From Guillardia theta CCMP2712 (lineage: Eukaryota > Protista > Cryptophyta): a DNA stretch of 64,000 nucleotides. The notes under the pieces are model-generated. The model was not told the DNA's origin, ran no database searches, and was given only the letters and a program-made list of their open reading frames with translations. The translations under genes and the position numbers were made by a program. Each line of letters opens with the position of its first letter. Within the stretch, counting starts at the first letter, position 1. Where the stretch lies: NCBI RefSeq assembly GCF_000315625.1, contig NW_005434532.1, forward strand, positions 98,703 to 162,702. Direction: 5' to 3'. Of this stretch, positions 23,053-35,805 are shown one piece after another.

Positions 23053-26000
23053 TTAGGGTTTGTTTCCGTAGCATTTCATTATCATACATATTGAACAAGT
23101 CTCAGCAAAGGGCTGTGGGCTTCCATGTTCTTGTCCCTTGTTGACAAAATTAAGAGCAATTTGGGGAGAGAACAAGGGGAGGAGGAGCAGAGAAAAGAGA
23201 GGGGGGGGAGAGGAACGTAGAGGGAAGGGGAAGAAGAGCATATTGGAAGAGAGGGGTAGGAGATGAATCTGAGATGGAGCAGAAGAATCACCGAGTTGCT
23301 GCTTCATGATGTTGGCCAGAGCTCGTCCGCTATGCTCTCTTGCCTTCCACGTCCCGTAGATTCCCAGGGACCTTTCCCTCCCGTCAGACGACGGCAAACG
23401 CTCTCTTGCCTTACCTCTGCCCTGCAGTGATGGTCGGATAGCCACTGAATCTGCTCATTTCAATCCATCAAAGAGGTTTGGGAGGAGGAAGCAACAAGGA
23501 CGTAGGACGAGAGGAAAAAGGGCGGAAAGTAGGAGGTAAGGAGGAGGAGGAGGCGAAGAAGGTGTGGAAGGAGGACAAGAGAAAGGTTTACCCTTGCGTC
23601 GGCTGGACGCGTCTGTGCGCGAGCTTCCAAGCTTCATGTGCGTTGCTGAGGAGGATCAAACAAGGAGGAGGCGACGAAAGATCTCACGGGACTGACGCAG
23701 CCTCCCAGAATCGCTGAGTGACGGATCCATGGACAGAGATAGGAGGCGATCTGCACGAGCATCAGCAGCAGCAGGCGGCACGTGAGCGGGAAGGTGAACC
23801 TGCTCCTCTCGTTTAGCGTCATCGCGTACGAAGAGCTGCGATCCAGTGCCATATCTTGGGCCATGTCATCCAACAGCAGCAAGAAGGAGAGGAAGAACCA
23901 GGAGGAGGAGGAGGAATTGAGAAGAGCACGAGGAGGAGGAGGAGGAGGAGGAGGAGGAGGAGGAGGAGGAGGAGGAGGAGGAGGAGGAGGAGGAGGAGGA
24001 GGAGGAGGAGGAATCAAGAGGAGGAGGAGGAATCATGTGAAGGAGCCATGCTCACCTTGACTGGCCATCGTCAAACCCGGGCGCCAAGTTTGAGCTGGGA
24101 AGAGCATCAACAAAGGTGGGCCTCAGCTGGAAAAAGCAGTTCAGTCACCTCCACTCCTGAGGAAGGAGGAGCTGAGGGATCGGGTGGTCGGCTTCCAGCT
24201 CCTCTGAGTTGCCATCGTTTGCAGCAGCCTCTTGGTCTCGTGCTGATTCTTCAGGACGTCGCGAGTGGTGAGCGGCGGCAGGTCGCCCTGCACCATGACG
24301 TCACCATGCCAAGACCGCGCAAGTTCTCCTGCTTCTCGACCTCCAGACTGTCTGCGCTCTCCATGGGAGGAGGCGTCGGAGCTCGCATGAGCTCGTGCAG
24401 CAGATCGACAAGTGCCGGCCTGGGACGTCGGGGAGACTCAGAGCTGGAGAGCAGCAAGAGCAGAGGACGGGACCTCTTCTGAATGGCCTGAAAGCCCTCG
24501 ATGGAGGAGGTGAGATTGCTGGAGATTGTGTCAAGGAGGAGGGAAGACAAGGAGGAGAATAGGTACCCGATCAAGCAGGTGATGAACTCTGTATCCTCGT
24601 CCTTCAAGGGCGACCGCAGCTTCTGCTCAACGAACCGGAACATCGCTTCATTCTCTTCCTCCATCACTCGCACTAGCGACTGACGGCAAGTCACTTCAAC
24701 GAAACATCTTCCCTCTACTGACTGGATGAGTCGAAGAGCGAGACGAGACGTTTGCCAGCGATCGCATCGCTGCCTTCTTCGCCTCTGTTCCTGCCACTGC
24801 ATGATACACAAGCGATCGGAGAAACCCTGATAGTAACAGTCACCCTCCTCCTCCTTCTCCGCTTCCTCCTCCTCCTCCTCCTCCTCCTCCTCCTCAAGCA
24901 CCCGGTCGATGGAGAGCGTCGAGGTAATGAGCTATAGGAGCACTTTGAACCTCCTCGGAGGTCTTGCATGTCATGGTCTCATGTATGGAGCAGAGGCGGG
25001 CGACAATTGCTGAGGTCGGCGCGTCAGTTTCTGAGGTCTCAAGGTCGCGAGGCAGTCTCGAACCGCAAGCGAGTCTCGTCGTCTGAGCAGATGGGACGCG
25101 GAGCTGCAGGTTCAACTTCGGCACGTCCGATCGCAGTGAAGAGACGCTCGACTCCCTGAGGTTTGACGCGATAGAGTTGGTCGACTTCTTCTTCATGAAC
25201 CTTCTGTTCATAGACGAGGCTGAGGTCAAGGGAGCGAGGAAAAAAAGACGTCAGAAGCAGCAGGGGTCATCCGGCAGAGCTGACCGTTATCCAGCGAGAG
25301 GTTTCTCATGACCGGGGGCAGCGACATGTCCAAGATGTCGATCAACATGGCGAAGTTGGACGGAAGCAACAAGAACTGCTCCAACGTCATCCACTTTGAG
25401 GCATATCACTCAAGACTCACTTGCTCCATCGCCTGCCCTCTGGCCTGAAGATTCAAAGGTAAGGCTCGCAGAGAGACATCACGTTGACATACAGCAAAGA
25501 TTCGCAGCAGGACTTCTAAACACATCTCCGCCACTGAGTCCGCCTGTCACAGGACCGTTAGACCTCTCCCAGACCTTCACTGCTCTGCTCTTCTACCGGA
25601 GTACTCAAAAACTGAATCAAGCCTGCAGGCGTGAACAGGTTCACCTCATTCACGACAGCTTCGCTACCCATTTGCTGACACAAGCATCACTACCTCCCTT
25701 TGATTTAACTCACAAGGCACCATGGCGTAACTGCTGACCTTCACTACCCGGAGAATCAGAGCCAGACATTTTTCATCTCGATCTGTTTGTGTGTTGTCAC
25801 CTTCTGTAGCCCAGAAATTTGTTCGAGATGCTGTCAACGAGAGTGAGTATGAGCGAAGGAACACTTTGACTAGCTCAAGTTCGTCTCTACTCACCATCTG
25901 TCCTTGGGCTCTTGACACTCGTGCTACCTAAGGACGACAGTCTTGAGACACTTGGGGCTGCCTTGCCAATCGACTTCCTGTTTGGGTCTTGCAACAGGAT

Positions 26001-26583
26001 CCTCAAAGCCTGCATGGCCTAAGCAGCCAGTATCCAGAAACAGAGAGTGTTACCGAGTATTTCCTTCTCTTGAGGGCTGCCCACAGGATATGTGGTTGTT
26101 CTTCGGTCAGGAACAAGATCGCGCTTATGACATCATCACGGAAGGACGGAGGGACTGTCGCGTCGTCACGAGGTTCCTCTCTCTACCCTCCTCACCGTAT
26201 CCTTCGTTGGAGATACCCAACAGACCGCAGAGGAGGTCGATCGCTGTGCCTCGAGGGCCCAGGTGAACTTTCTTGATGGGCACCTGCTGGGAGAGAACGT
26301 GGGCTCGATGACACGAAGACGTGCCGGCAAAGTCGAGGAGGAGCCGCAGGTTGATCAGCAGAGTCTCAGTGTGCTGATGGTTACATTCTGCAACATCGAA
26401 GGCTCACAGACGTCCGAGGTGAGGGGAGAGGGAGGAACTTCTCAGACGTCAGGTGAGGGGAGAGGGAGGAGGCTCACCGTCTCTCCGTAGGACCAGCAAC
26501 GCAACCATCGCTGCCGCTGCCTCTCCTATCGCTTCCTCCCCGCTGTCTCTTGCCTGCCCTCCTTCTGCTTCCCCTACAACCAT
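23053..26583 (-). CDS. Large hypothetical multi-exon protein (helical)
   Basis: ATG 26583 MVVGEAEGG...; exons DELELVKVFLRSYSL, WMTLEQFLLLPSNFAMLIDILD, EAMFRFVEQKLRSPLKDED with GT-AG introns; 3' end uncertain. Confidence 0.5.
23930..24012 (+). repeat. (GGA)n microsatellite, ~27 units
   Basis: Direct reading. Confidence 0.99.
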
Positions 26584-26795
26584 TTTCAACCGCCTTGTCA
26601 AACGGCGTGAATAACCGTCAAGTCATTCTTGTTTGTAGAATTTCAAGTTCTTCAGGAGCGTTTCAGTAACTTTGAGCCGCTTGAAGCGGCGGGCCCTGGC
26701 CCGGAGTAGACGGTGGACCGCCGCAATGGAGGACGTTGTAAGTACCAAGTAAAGGTATGAGGGTATGAGAAGGCTAGAAGTTTTATACAAAAGAA

Positions 26796-28755
26796 TCAAT
26801 TCGACGCGTAGTTCATGACGTTGTTCACTCGTTGCAACGTCCCGTCCATCCTACTTTCCTCGCTCTGAATACGATCAACCTGACGTTGAAAATTCGGTGC
26901 AAATACACAAAAAGTCGTCTCGCTCACCTTCTTGGCTAGTTGCCTCAGCATCGCCTGCATGGAAGAACGTCTGCTATCCCTGAAACAGCAAGCATGACTA
27001 CACCCTTCAGTTTCCTGCCTGACTATCTCACCCGGACACGTCTTCGTCACTCCTCCCAGATTCGTTGTCTCGCGCATCTCGCTTACGGAATTGCGCTGCA
27101 TCTCTCTGAAACAAAGCTGGAGGAGGGGGTCAAGGATCGCAAGCATGAGATCTCAAGATTACGGCTCTGTTCTGCTGCCAACAATCCTTTGCGGAGCCGT
27201 GAGGATTCCTTGCTATCTCCATACGTCTGGCAATCACGTCATCATGCGTCCAGCAACAAGACATGCATCTCGACTCGCACACGTCAAGCATGAAATATGG
27301 ACAAGTTTTCATGGTGACCCACCTGTCTCAAAACTTCTGGAACTTCGGTCTTGAAAGGTGACAGCTTGTTCCTCAGACGCCTCAACGTCGACCCGTACCT
27401 GATTGGGCCAGTCAAATCGCACGCGATTACAGGAAACACGGTACGGAATCTTGACTGCAACATCCGACGGATACCCAGGCTTGGGGATCAGATAGTCCGG
27501 ATGCAGGAGGTCCCACTCTCTGACATTTTGGCGTCAGTGTGAATCAAGTAGCTGCTGCAGAACAAGGTCGAGGCGACAACTCACTGCTTGCAGGTAAGTG
27601 TTCCATCAAGTACCAAACCCTTTTGCTGCCATAGCACTCACTTACTCCGAATCTCCAATAAACATCCTCACCTTGTCAGGCCCAAAAAATTCTAGCAACT
27701 GCCTCAGCATCGCCTCGGTCCTCGCATCGCCCGCATACACAGGAAGTCCCTCCAAAAACGTTCCCTTGGCCGTCACCCGCAGGTGCCTGTACAACTCTCC
27801 TCATCAACACTGGAATGACCATTAAAGTAATGAGATTACAGTGGTTTAGTGTTGCAGCCGTTAAGGTCCTTCGGCTCAGCGTTTCTCTCCGGCACAACTT
27901 CTTGGACGTCACTGTGCAGAGGCTCATTGAGTAGAAGCATCGCAGGGCATTCATCGCTTACGGCTCATCCTTGTCAACTCTGGTCACAGTGATCACCCCC
28001 GAGTAGTAGACACCGTCCTTCATCCCTCCGACAGGAACCTGAGAGAAGGTTGACTACACAGAGCCATGATCAGATCAGACCCACCTCGCACGGGCAAGAT
28101 GCAAGCTGAGAAAATCCCTTTTGAGTGAAGCCGGTACTGCCATACATGGTTGACTTTGGCCGTAAGCATACAGAAACAAAACTCACCTGTGGCACTGCTT
28201 GCATTGCATGTGCTTCCCGACGCTGAGCAACATCGGACCATTTGCTGTATTGATTTTCATTTTCCCTCCAAGCTTGATCTCCACCAACTGAGAACAAAAT
28301 CGGTCAGAGAGCCCTGACATTGCTCGCACAACATTCAACACCAGATCTGGCAGGTTCGAGCTGGACCGCTCAACGACAGCTATGTATGCGAAGGCCACGA
28401 AGAACTGCACTCTTGTCATGAGCGAGAAGAAAAAAGTTTAAACTCTACCAGCAGTGATGAGCTTGCCAGGGTGACGACAGACATAACCTGTTTGTGCTCT
28501 TGTCAGTGAAGTAAAGACATCTCAGCTATGAAATCTGAAAGGTCGCCTGTGCACCGCACAATCGTCTCATCAGAGCACTTTCGTTTTCTTGTAGGACGCA
28601 CAAATATGGCTTTTCCCTTTCAGTTCTCCACATTGTCTCTTCTGCTCCTCTGCTGCTTCTTTGTCATTGTATTGCATTAACCTTCTCTCTACCTCCCTTC
28701 TCTCCTCCCTCCCTTCGCCTCTGCGTCCTTACCGGCTGCCGACCATCTCCAGCCA
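26796..28755 (-). CDS. Hypothetical multi-exon protein
   Basis: MAGDGRQP|gtaag start near 28755; exons DGVYYSGVITVTRV, LYRHLRVTAKGTFLEGLPVY...MLRQLLEFLGPDKV, WDLLHPDYLIPKP; ends in ORF 26796..27146. Confidence 0.45.
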
Positions 28756-28804
28756 TGCTGACCCTTCGCTCTCAAACCGTTACTCAAGATCAGCTCTGAT
28801 GTAA

Positions 28805-29820
28805 CTGTCACTTGCCACCGTCACTGTTGAGACCGTACCGTCCGACGGTGACAGTGGCCCGGCCGGCGGCCCGGTGTCGGACTCGGCCCGAGCGCCCGGC
28901 CCGGCACGCCACCCGGCCGGGCCGTCGGACTCGGCCCCCGGCACTACGCTACTAGCTACCGTACACCATTACTATACGTGTGATCCAGCGGTGGTGACCG
29001 TGCAGTGCCTTGCCGAAGTTGAGCATCCGATGATCCGCTCACTGTGTAGACCGTGCGTCTGCATACCGGGGCCTAAAGCAGGCTTCGCCCGGCGGGCCGG
29101 GATAGCAGTCGGCCCGGCCCCGCGGCCGACTCCGCCGCGCGGACTGAGTTTGTCCGGGCCCTTGAAGCCCGGCGCGCCGCACTCCGGCGAGCAGCACTGG
29201 ACGGCCCCCGGCGGCACTGCGGCACCGCGGGGGTGCCGCACGCACTGCGGCAGCCTGAGCGGCCGGCCCGGGGCCCCGGCTTGGGCTGTCCAATCGCGGC
29301 GCACTGCGGCAGGCCGGGCCCGGGCGCCCGGCGCGCCCGGCCGTACTACTTAGTATGGCATACCGGGGCCCGGGCGCCGCGCGGCGAGACTCAGTGACTC
29401 GGAAGCCTGCCAGGCTGAGAAAAGACAGCGAGAGCCTACCCGGGCCTCACCCGCCGGGCCGGGCCGCGGGCCGGGCCCGGGGCGCGCGGCCGCGGCGAGC
29501 CCACGGTGAGGCTCTGCCGTGATCCGCCGGGGACTCGACTCGTCACTGAGTGCCAGTGACGGACTGGGGCTCGGACCGCCGCACGGCCGGCCGGGCGGTG
29601 CCAGTCGCGGCCGTCAGGCTCCGAGGCTCAGTAACCCCGGCGCCCGGGCCGCGCCACGGCGCGGCACACGCCGGGTGAGCCTCGGAAGTCAGTTCAATCT
29701 AGGCTGAGTAAAATAACTTAAATTAGTCACTAGCGGGCCCCTTATTAGCCGCTAATAAGTGTACTATCAACTAAAAACTTGCTCACAGCGGCGGCGGCCC
29801 TACAACATAGAGCCTCGGAC
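28805..29820. promoter_or_regulatory. 1-kb GC-rich palindrome-dense intergenic island between divergent genes
   Basis: Very high CCGG/GGCC/CCGCGG/GACTC density; perfect hairpin cttattagc-c-gctaataag at 29741-29759. Confidence 0.5.
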
Positions 29821-30046
29821 TCATGGGGGGGGATGATTGCAGAGGGAAGGGCAGATTTCAAAAAGTTGAATGAAACCAATGAATTGACTTTTTACTATTC
29901 GGCGAGTCACTAGTACAAAACTTCACTATTTCAATTTCACTATTGACAGTCACCGTGCCGGATAACCTCCCCCACCTGAACTCTTGCCCTGTTGAATGAT
30001 CGCCCTTCATCAACAGTTCAGCGCAACATAACGGGATGCCTACCTT

Positions 30047-31033
30047 GTGATGCTGGCGAGGAGTGAAGGAGAGAGCTTGAAGACAATGCTGAGCAAGTTT
30101 TTGCTGATGGTGGTGCTTGTAAGCTCCGTATGCCCGCAGTCAGAGGCCGCGGACTGTAAAACCTGCACATTTCGCAATTCGGATGGTGTGTTGGTGCGGG
30201 AGGGCATTTGTAGCGGTGACTGTGGGATTGATGTTGTATGGGTGTATGGTAGGAAGAGTTTGCGCTTGAATTCCCTGGTACCACCCTTGCGGTACATAGC
30301 GAACAGTTCCGTCTTCGATGGGCTCTACAGCTTGGAGGACCTCCTCCTCCAGCACAACGACCTTCAGAGTCTACCTGTTGGTGTCTTCGACGGGCTCTCA
30401 GGCTTGCAGAATCTATATATTGGAGTCAACAGTCTCAAGAGTGTGCCAGTAGGAATCTTTAGTCAGCTCTCGACTTTGCAGCAACTTTCGCTTGCCATTA
30501 ACAAACTGCCAAGTCTTCCTGATGGATTATTCGACGGGCTCTCAAGCTTACAGATCCTAAACCTTCGAGACAACGAGATCTCCTGCATTTCTTCTCAGGC
30601 TTTCGCTAATCTAACTTCGCTTTCCACTTTGTATCTTACAGGCAACAACCTGACGTGCTATCATACGTCTTGGCCAAAGTTCGCTCAATTAGATGCGAAT
30701 CTGGAACCGTGCCAAAACGAAACTCATTGCGACGAAAACGGACAAATCTCTTCTCTCGGAATCAATTTCGAAGCAACAACTATCCCACTGGCACAGCAAA
30801 ATTGGACGGTTTACCCTGACTACCTCACTTGCCAAATACAGCATGGTTGGCAGGAGATCGTGGATGATGAGCCTGCGCTAAACAATACCATCAAGACCGG
30901 TGGACTCGGGAAGCAGATGGTGGTAGGCCGGTTCGAAGTGTGGGTATGCAGCTACCAAGATCATTGTGCGAGGCCTGGGAATGCTTTCTGCTACGTGTAT
31001 GACGAGCATGAGGAGACCTTCGTTCCCTGGTGA
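30047..31033 (+). CDS. Secreted/surface leucine-rich repeat protein (24-aa typical LRRs, Cys-rich caps)
   Basis: Signal peptide MLSKFLLMVVLVSSVCPQSEA (ATG ~30086); repeats LxxLxLxxNxLxSLPxGxFDGL; uninterrupted frame, may splice further 3'. Confidence 0.9.
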   Translation: MMLARSEGESLKTMLSKFLLMVVLVSSVCPQSEAADCKTCTFRNSDGVLVREGICSGDCGIDVVWVYGRKSLRLNSLVPPLRYIANSSVFDGLYSLEDLLLQHNDLQSLPVGVFDGLSGLQNLYIGVNSLKSVPVGIFSQLSTLQQLSLAINKLPSLPDGLFDGLSSLQILNLRDNEISCISSQAFANLTSLSTLYLTGNNLTCYHTSWPKFAQLDANLEPCQNETHCDENGQISSLGINFEATTIPLAQQNWTVYPDYLTCQIQHGWQEIVDDEPALNNTIKTGGLGKQMVVGRFEVWVCSYQDHCARPGNAFCYVYDEHEETFVPW

Positions 31034-31119
31034 TGTGTCTGCTTCAGTGTCACCTATTTTGTCCGGGCTGATGCTTTTCCAGGGGCCTAGAAGATGAACT
31101 TATGCTAAGCTAAGTGGAC

Positions 31120-31900
31120 TTCGCCGCCGGTGTCACAGTGCGGCGGTGCCGACGGAATACGTGAGGCCGCGCTCTGAGTCGGATCGGCTGAGACGGACCA
31201 TCGACACTCAGGCTTATCTGAGAGATTCAAGCCTTGAAGATTCAACCGAGATTACTAAAAGGCACCGTTGAAGTGGAGACCTAGAGTATCCACAGTGATA
31301 AGTTTCAATCCGTTGAAGCAACTCAGGGTGGCCGTTTTGAATTTCGCGGCCGGGTTGTAACTTCTAGCCTGTCCATCCAGCCTTAACACGCCGGGTCCGA
31401 TCGGTTTTGGCATTTGGCCTCAACTGTTCTGTGACTCAGGATACTGGTCCGGACGGTTTATTGCTGATAGCCGGCGGCGCCGCTGGCTGCCGCCGCGCCG
31501 CTGGCGGTCACTCAAAGTTCCGGCGCCCGGCCGCCGGGCCGCGTTTCGGCACGGTGCCATGGCCCGCGGGCCGGTCACCGTCCGATCACCCGGGCCGGGT
31601 TGAACTTGATGGCCCGCGGCAGTGACCGTCCGACTCACTGGCCCCCGGGCCGGGCCCGCCACTCAGTCACCCGACTACCGGCGTACACGCCGGTACCGCC
31701 GTATCGTACGGTACCGTACCGTACCGTGGCTAGTACCGGCGGCGGTCTCAGTGGCCGGTGACTGAGTGATTGGCATACGAGCCGGGCTGCAGGCTGTGAG
31801 CTCTCTTTCTTTACTCAAAGTTAAGTGAGCGGCCATCATCCGATGATCGCCGGACGCTGAGTAACCGATATCAATATCGGTAACGGAAGGCAGATTTCCT
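31120..31900. promoter_or_regulatory. GC-rich palindrome-dense intergenic island
   Basis: CCGG-rich, (GTACC)n run at ~31705-31727, TTGAACTT motif. Confidence 0.5.
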
Positions 31901-32171
31901 CTGATTGTCCTCGTACCGATTTTTAACTTAACTTTGAGTAAAGATAGGTCTTGGTTTTGGGACCCCATGGAACCTGCAACCCATTACTACCCCCTCCATC
32001 CTTCATTTCCTACAATCGCCTTGCGCCCTACCCTCCTCATTACACACTACTACCCCAGAACATGACCTGGTTGATACTACAAGGGTGACCCCACCCCTAC
32101 AGACCCTACCCTTCGACTTTTCACCCCTACTACCCGTGCTGTTCGATCCCAATTTTCGATTTGATTCCAAC

Positions 32172-33097
32172 ATGGCAAAAGAGACGCGGCTTTCGTTCTC
32201 CGGGGTTGAGGGGCGCATGCGGTATCGTTCGATCGCTAGAGCCATGCTTGAGCGTGCACAAGATGCCTTTTCACATGGCAAGATACTTGATACTTGCGCA
32301 AAAGTAGCTGCAGAGCTAAACGCAACGGATTTGTTCAAAGAGAACGGAGTTGGGAAGTTACAACCTTACACCCTTCAGAACAAGTGGAGGCAAATCATAA
32401 ATGATGCCCTTGTCTTCTCTGACCAGATACAGAGAGGAAGAGTCGTGGACAATTGGGGTGAATGGGAGCATATTCTAGATCAAATAGCGCGCGAGAAACA
32501 GAAATATGACAAGAGTAAAGGAAACAGGCCTGAACACCGAAGACGAGAATTTCTTCATCATCTCTTTTCTGGGCAGGCTGGAGGACTACCTTCACCTCCA
32601 AAGATATCAGGTCAGGAGGTTCTGATATGCTCTTCTCTTGTTTTTGAGAGGCTTCAACTGTTTCCTTTCATGGATATGCTCACACCTTCCATGCAGGCAA
32701 CGCCAGTCAAACCTCGGGAAACCTAACTGCACGCGCTCAGGGCAACTCTGAGTTCCATTCGATTCAGTTCGAAGGTTTTGGGGACGGAGTGGAAGGAAGA
32801 GGTCTGAGGAAAACTCCAAGTGAACATCTCGAAGGAGCGCTGGCGTTGAAACGAATGAAACTTTCTGGCGAACAGGGTACAGTAGACGCCATGGTTGATA
32901 GTGACAACCCCAAGATTCAGACGCTTCAGGAGTATACTCTGTTGCAGAATCAGTACATTGACTTTGTGAAAGCCATGAAGGATTGCGCAGACGAGGACGA
33001 CAGGGAATTCATGGCTGCGCAGAAGAAGAAGATCAAGGGGATGTTGCAAAGTTTGCAGTCAAAAGTGGAGGGACTGTATGAAAACGAGCACTCATGA
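32172..33097 (+). CDS. Myb/SANT-like (trihelix-type) DNA-binding protein with C-terminal coiled coil, 2 exons
   Basis: Intron 32611-32696 joins ORFs 32085..32726 and 32789..33097 in frame; KVAAELNA...TLQNKWRQI pattern. Confidence 0.6.
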
Positions 33098-34184
33098 TGA
33101 TGGAGGGTTGTATGAGCAAAATTCTGAACATGATGGTTTGAGGGGTGAGACTATTGAAAGGCCTCGACTTGACGTGCAATCGGAAGTTTACTGAAGGTGT
33201 CGAAGAGGATTCGACCTCTGAAGCACCGGGCAGACTTGTGACCCTGTGAGTCATCGGCCATCACCTTGTTGTGCATGTTTCAGCTGTAAAATACTATCTA
33301 ATACATAGAAGATATTATGTAATTCAAATTGCCTCCTCTGTAATTTCTCATCTTGAAAGCTCGTCTCAATATTTGAACTCTCACTTCGATCGTTCCATGT
33401 CTACATTGCACCATAAAAAAAGAGCCCTACAATGTAGTTCATCTCACTCGGATTCTAGATAATATTTTCCAACTGCGGTGAAATACTCTATCCGACATCA
33501 GCATTGACCCGCATCCGCGTTTGCTTTCAATGCTGTCCTTGCCGATGCTTCAGCAATTTGCAGATTCTTCCTCCTGCCCCTTCTGCTCGTTCCCTCCCCC
33601 TCCCTTTCTCGCTCCCCCTTCCTACCTCTTCACCATCAAACCGCTACAAGACTGCCCGACAAGACGAGTTGCGGATATGGGAAACGATTTGATCCTAGGA
33701 GGGTGGGTCCATAAATTTAATTGTGAGGGTACTTTTAAGCTCAAAATTGTGGGTGGAGGTAGTGTGTTGATGGGCGGGCTGGGTAGGGTTGTGCCGGGCA
33801 GGGGGGGCGGGATGGTAGGTCGGGTGTCGCTGAACGAAGAGCGAAGATGCTTGACATGTGCGAGCGAACGAGGTGAGAAGGATCTAGATATGATGCTGGT
33901 GATGCTGGTGATGATGGCGCAAATGTTGAAGATCTAAATGTAAATGTTGATGTTGATGTGAATGTGAATGTGCGTAAACACGGCGTAATCAGTGCAATGT
34001 TGGAGTGAACACACGAAAGTGCACTGTCGGCTGAGCAGTAATACATATTGTCCGCACATATGTACTGCCATTACGAATGGAATCTAAATTCTTCAGTGAT
34101 GTATGAGGTGTGCCAAAACTTTCAACCGTGCAGACATGTGTCGCAACTTCAGATGTTGCAAAGTTTCAGTCACGCTCCTTCTGG

Positions 34185-35805
34185 ATGAATATTCACGTGT
34201 ACATCATGACCTGCGTGAATTATGCAAATGGGTTCTTTTTCTTGGTTGAATCAGCATTATGCTTACATTCATGCGTATCAATCTTTTGCCTTGCGTTTCC
34301 CTCGGGTTTGAAAGTGCTTAAATTTGAACGTGCTCATATTTTTGGTCAATTTGTGCTTCCTGCATTCATAACGAGGAATAGATCACTGAAACTTGATGTC
34401 AGGCTATGGGATATATCTCTCTGTTCCACTTGAGCGTTACTGTTGGAGATCATTCGCAGGAGGAGGCTTCTCCTTCGCTGAGCTCTTCGGGCAGTCGCGG
34501 GTGCTGGCGCTGGTGGGAGGAAGGTGCTTGCTTGATGCCTGCAAGGTTCTCGACTCTGACGAGGAAGATGATGTGTAGGCCCTCGCCGTGCGGCTTCTCG
34601 GAATCTTCCATCGTCTTGTGGGATGACGAGTCAAGCCGGCGGCTATGGGAGCTCAAGTTGTTCAGCCCCATCGTAGGCGTCATCACGCGGAGAGGGTTCC
34701 TCGCTGCGGTGCTGGAGAACAAGCTGGTCTTGTATAGGATAGCGCATGACTTCTCCTGGGTGAGGCTAGAGCGAAGTCTCGAAACCCTCGCCAACCCCTC
34801 GGGCATATGCACCATGAGCAGCCCTACGACCCTCAGCGCTTCCTCGGTGGTGGACAAGAACATCCCATGGCTGGTTGCTGCTTTCCCAAGCCTCAAGGAG
34901 GGAGGCATACGCCTTGCTCTCCGCAAGATGGACAAGGGGGGTGAGGGCGAAGTTTCTCTTCCTGCTTCCAGAGGCTCCAGGCCCGAGGAGGACAGATGGT
35001 TTGTTGTCACGCACGATGACGCCCACAAACATCCCATCGCTCACCTCGCGCTCAACCGAGACGGAAGTTACCTGGCATCTGCTTCACGGAGCGGCGAACT
35101 CATACGCTTGTGGGGAACTCAGCAAGGAACTTCGCTGGTGCTCATGCGAGAGCTGAGGCGAGGGTCTACCGCAGCTGCGATCTACTCCATCTCTTTTAGT
35201 GCCAAGTAGGAAACCCCCTTTCCACTCCTGCTGCTTTTTCTGCCTGGCATGAGAATGTTCTCGCAGGTCTGACATTCTGTGCTGCTCGAGCGACTCTGGG
35301 ACGGTTCATCTCTTCTCCCTCCAACCTGCTCAGAGCTCTTTGCATGCTCGCAGCAACTCGTATCTAATGCAGGTCAATCGCTCCCGTCCCCTTGTGCCTC
35401 CTGACTGGTTCCTCGCAGGCCGTGAACTCTGTGCAAAGTGGACAGAGAGGTTTTGCACAGGTGGCGTATCTTGTACTAGGATTTTCACCTGTTTGCTGAC
35501 CTTTTTGTTGCACTTCAGACGGAGATGAAGACAGGAGGAGCTCCAGTGCTCTGCGGGATCGGGAACTTCACGATAGAGAGGAGGCGCAGAAACGTCGTGA
35601 CGGAGAGACAGGAAGAGCGTCTCATCGTTGTGACGTCAACAGGAGAGGTAAGTTGTTGCGACCTCATCTATTCCCCTCATACCCACACGTACAGGTTTGC
35701 ACCTGCCTCCTCCCGCCGTCGACGGATCGAGACGGTTTCTTCAAGTTTGACAGCAGGAGATCAATCAACTTCGGCACGGAGGATATCTTGAGGTTCGATC
35801 GCTGA
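34185..35805 (+). CDS. ATG18: PROPPIN WD40 autophagy protein (ATG18/WIPI3-4/Hsv2-like)
   Basis: LALVGG...IVLWDD, LETLANPSGIC, AHKHPIAHLALNRDGSYLASAS...LIRLW, ELRRG phosphoinositide motif, CSSDSGTVHLF; stop TGA 35803-35805; start uncertain. Confidence 0.88.

Noticed and set aside
28874-29707. Pro/Arg/Gly/Ala-rich ORFs in GC islands (also 21141-21711, 46993-47594, 58130-58669)
   Set aside because: Stop-poor by composition, open on both strands, with no domain motifs.
31960-33500. Complete PIF/Harbinger transposon around the SANT-like gene
   Set aside because: No DDE transposase, terminal inverted repeats or target-site duplication seen.
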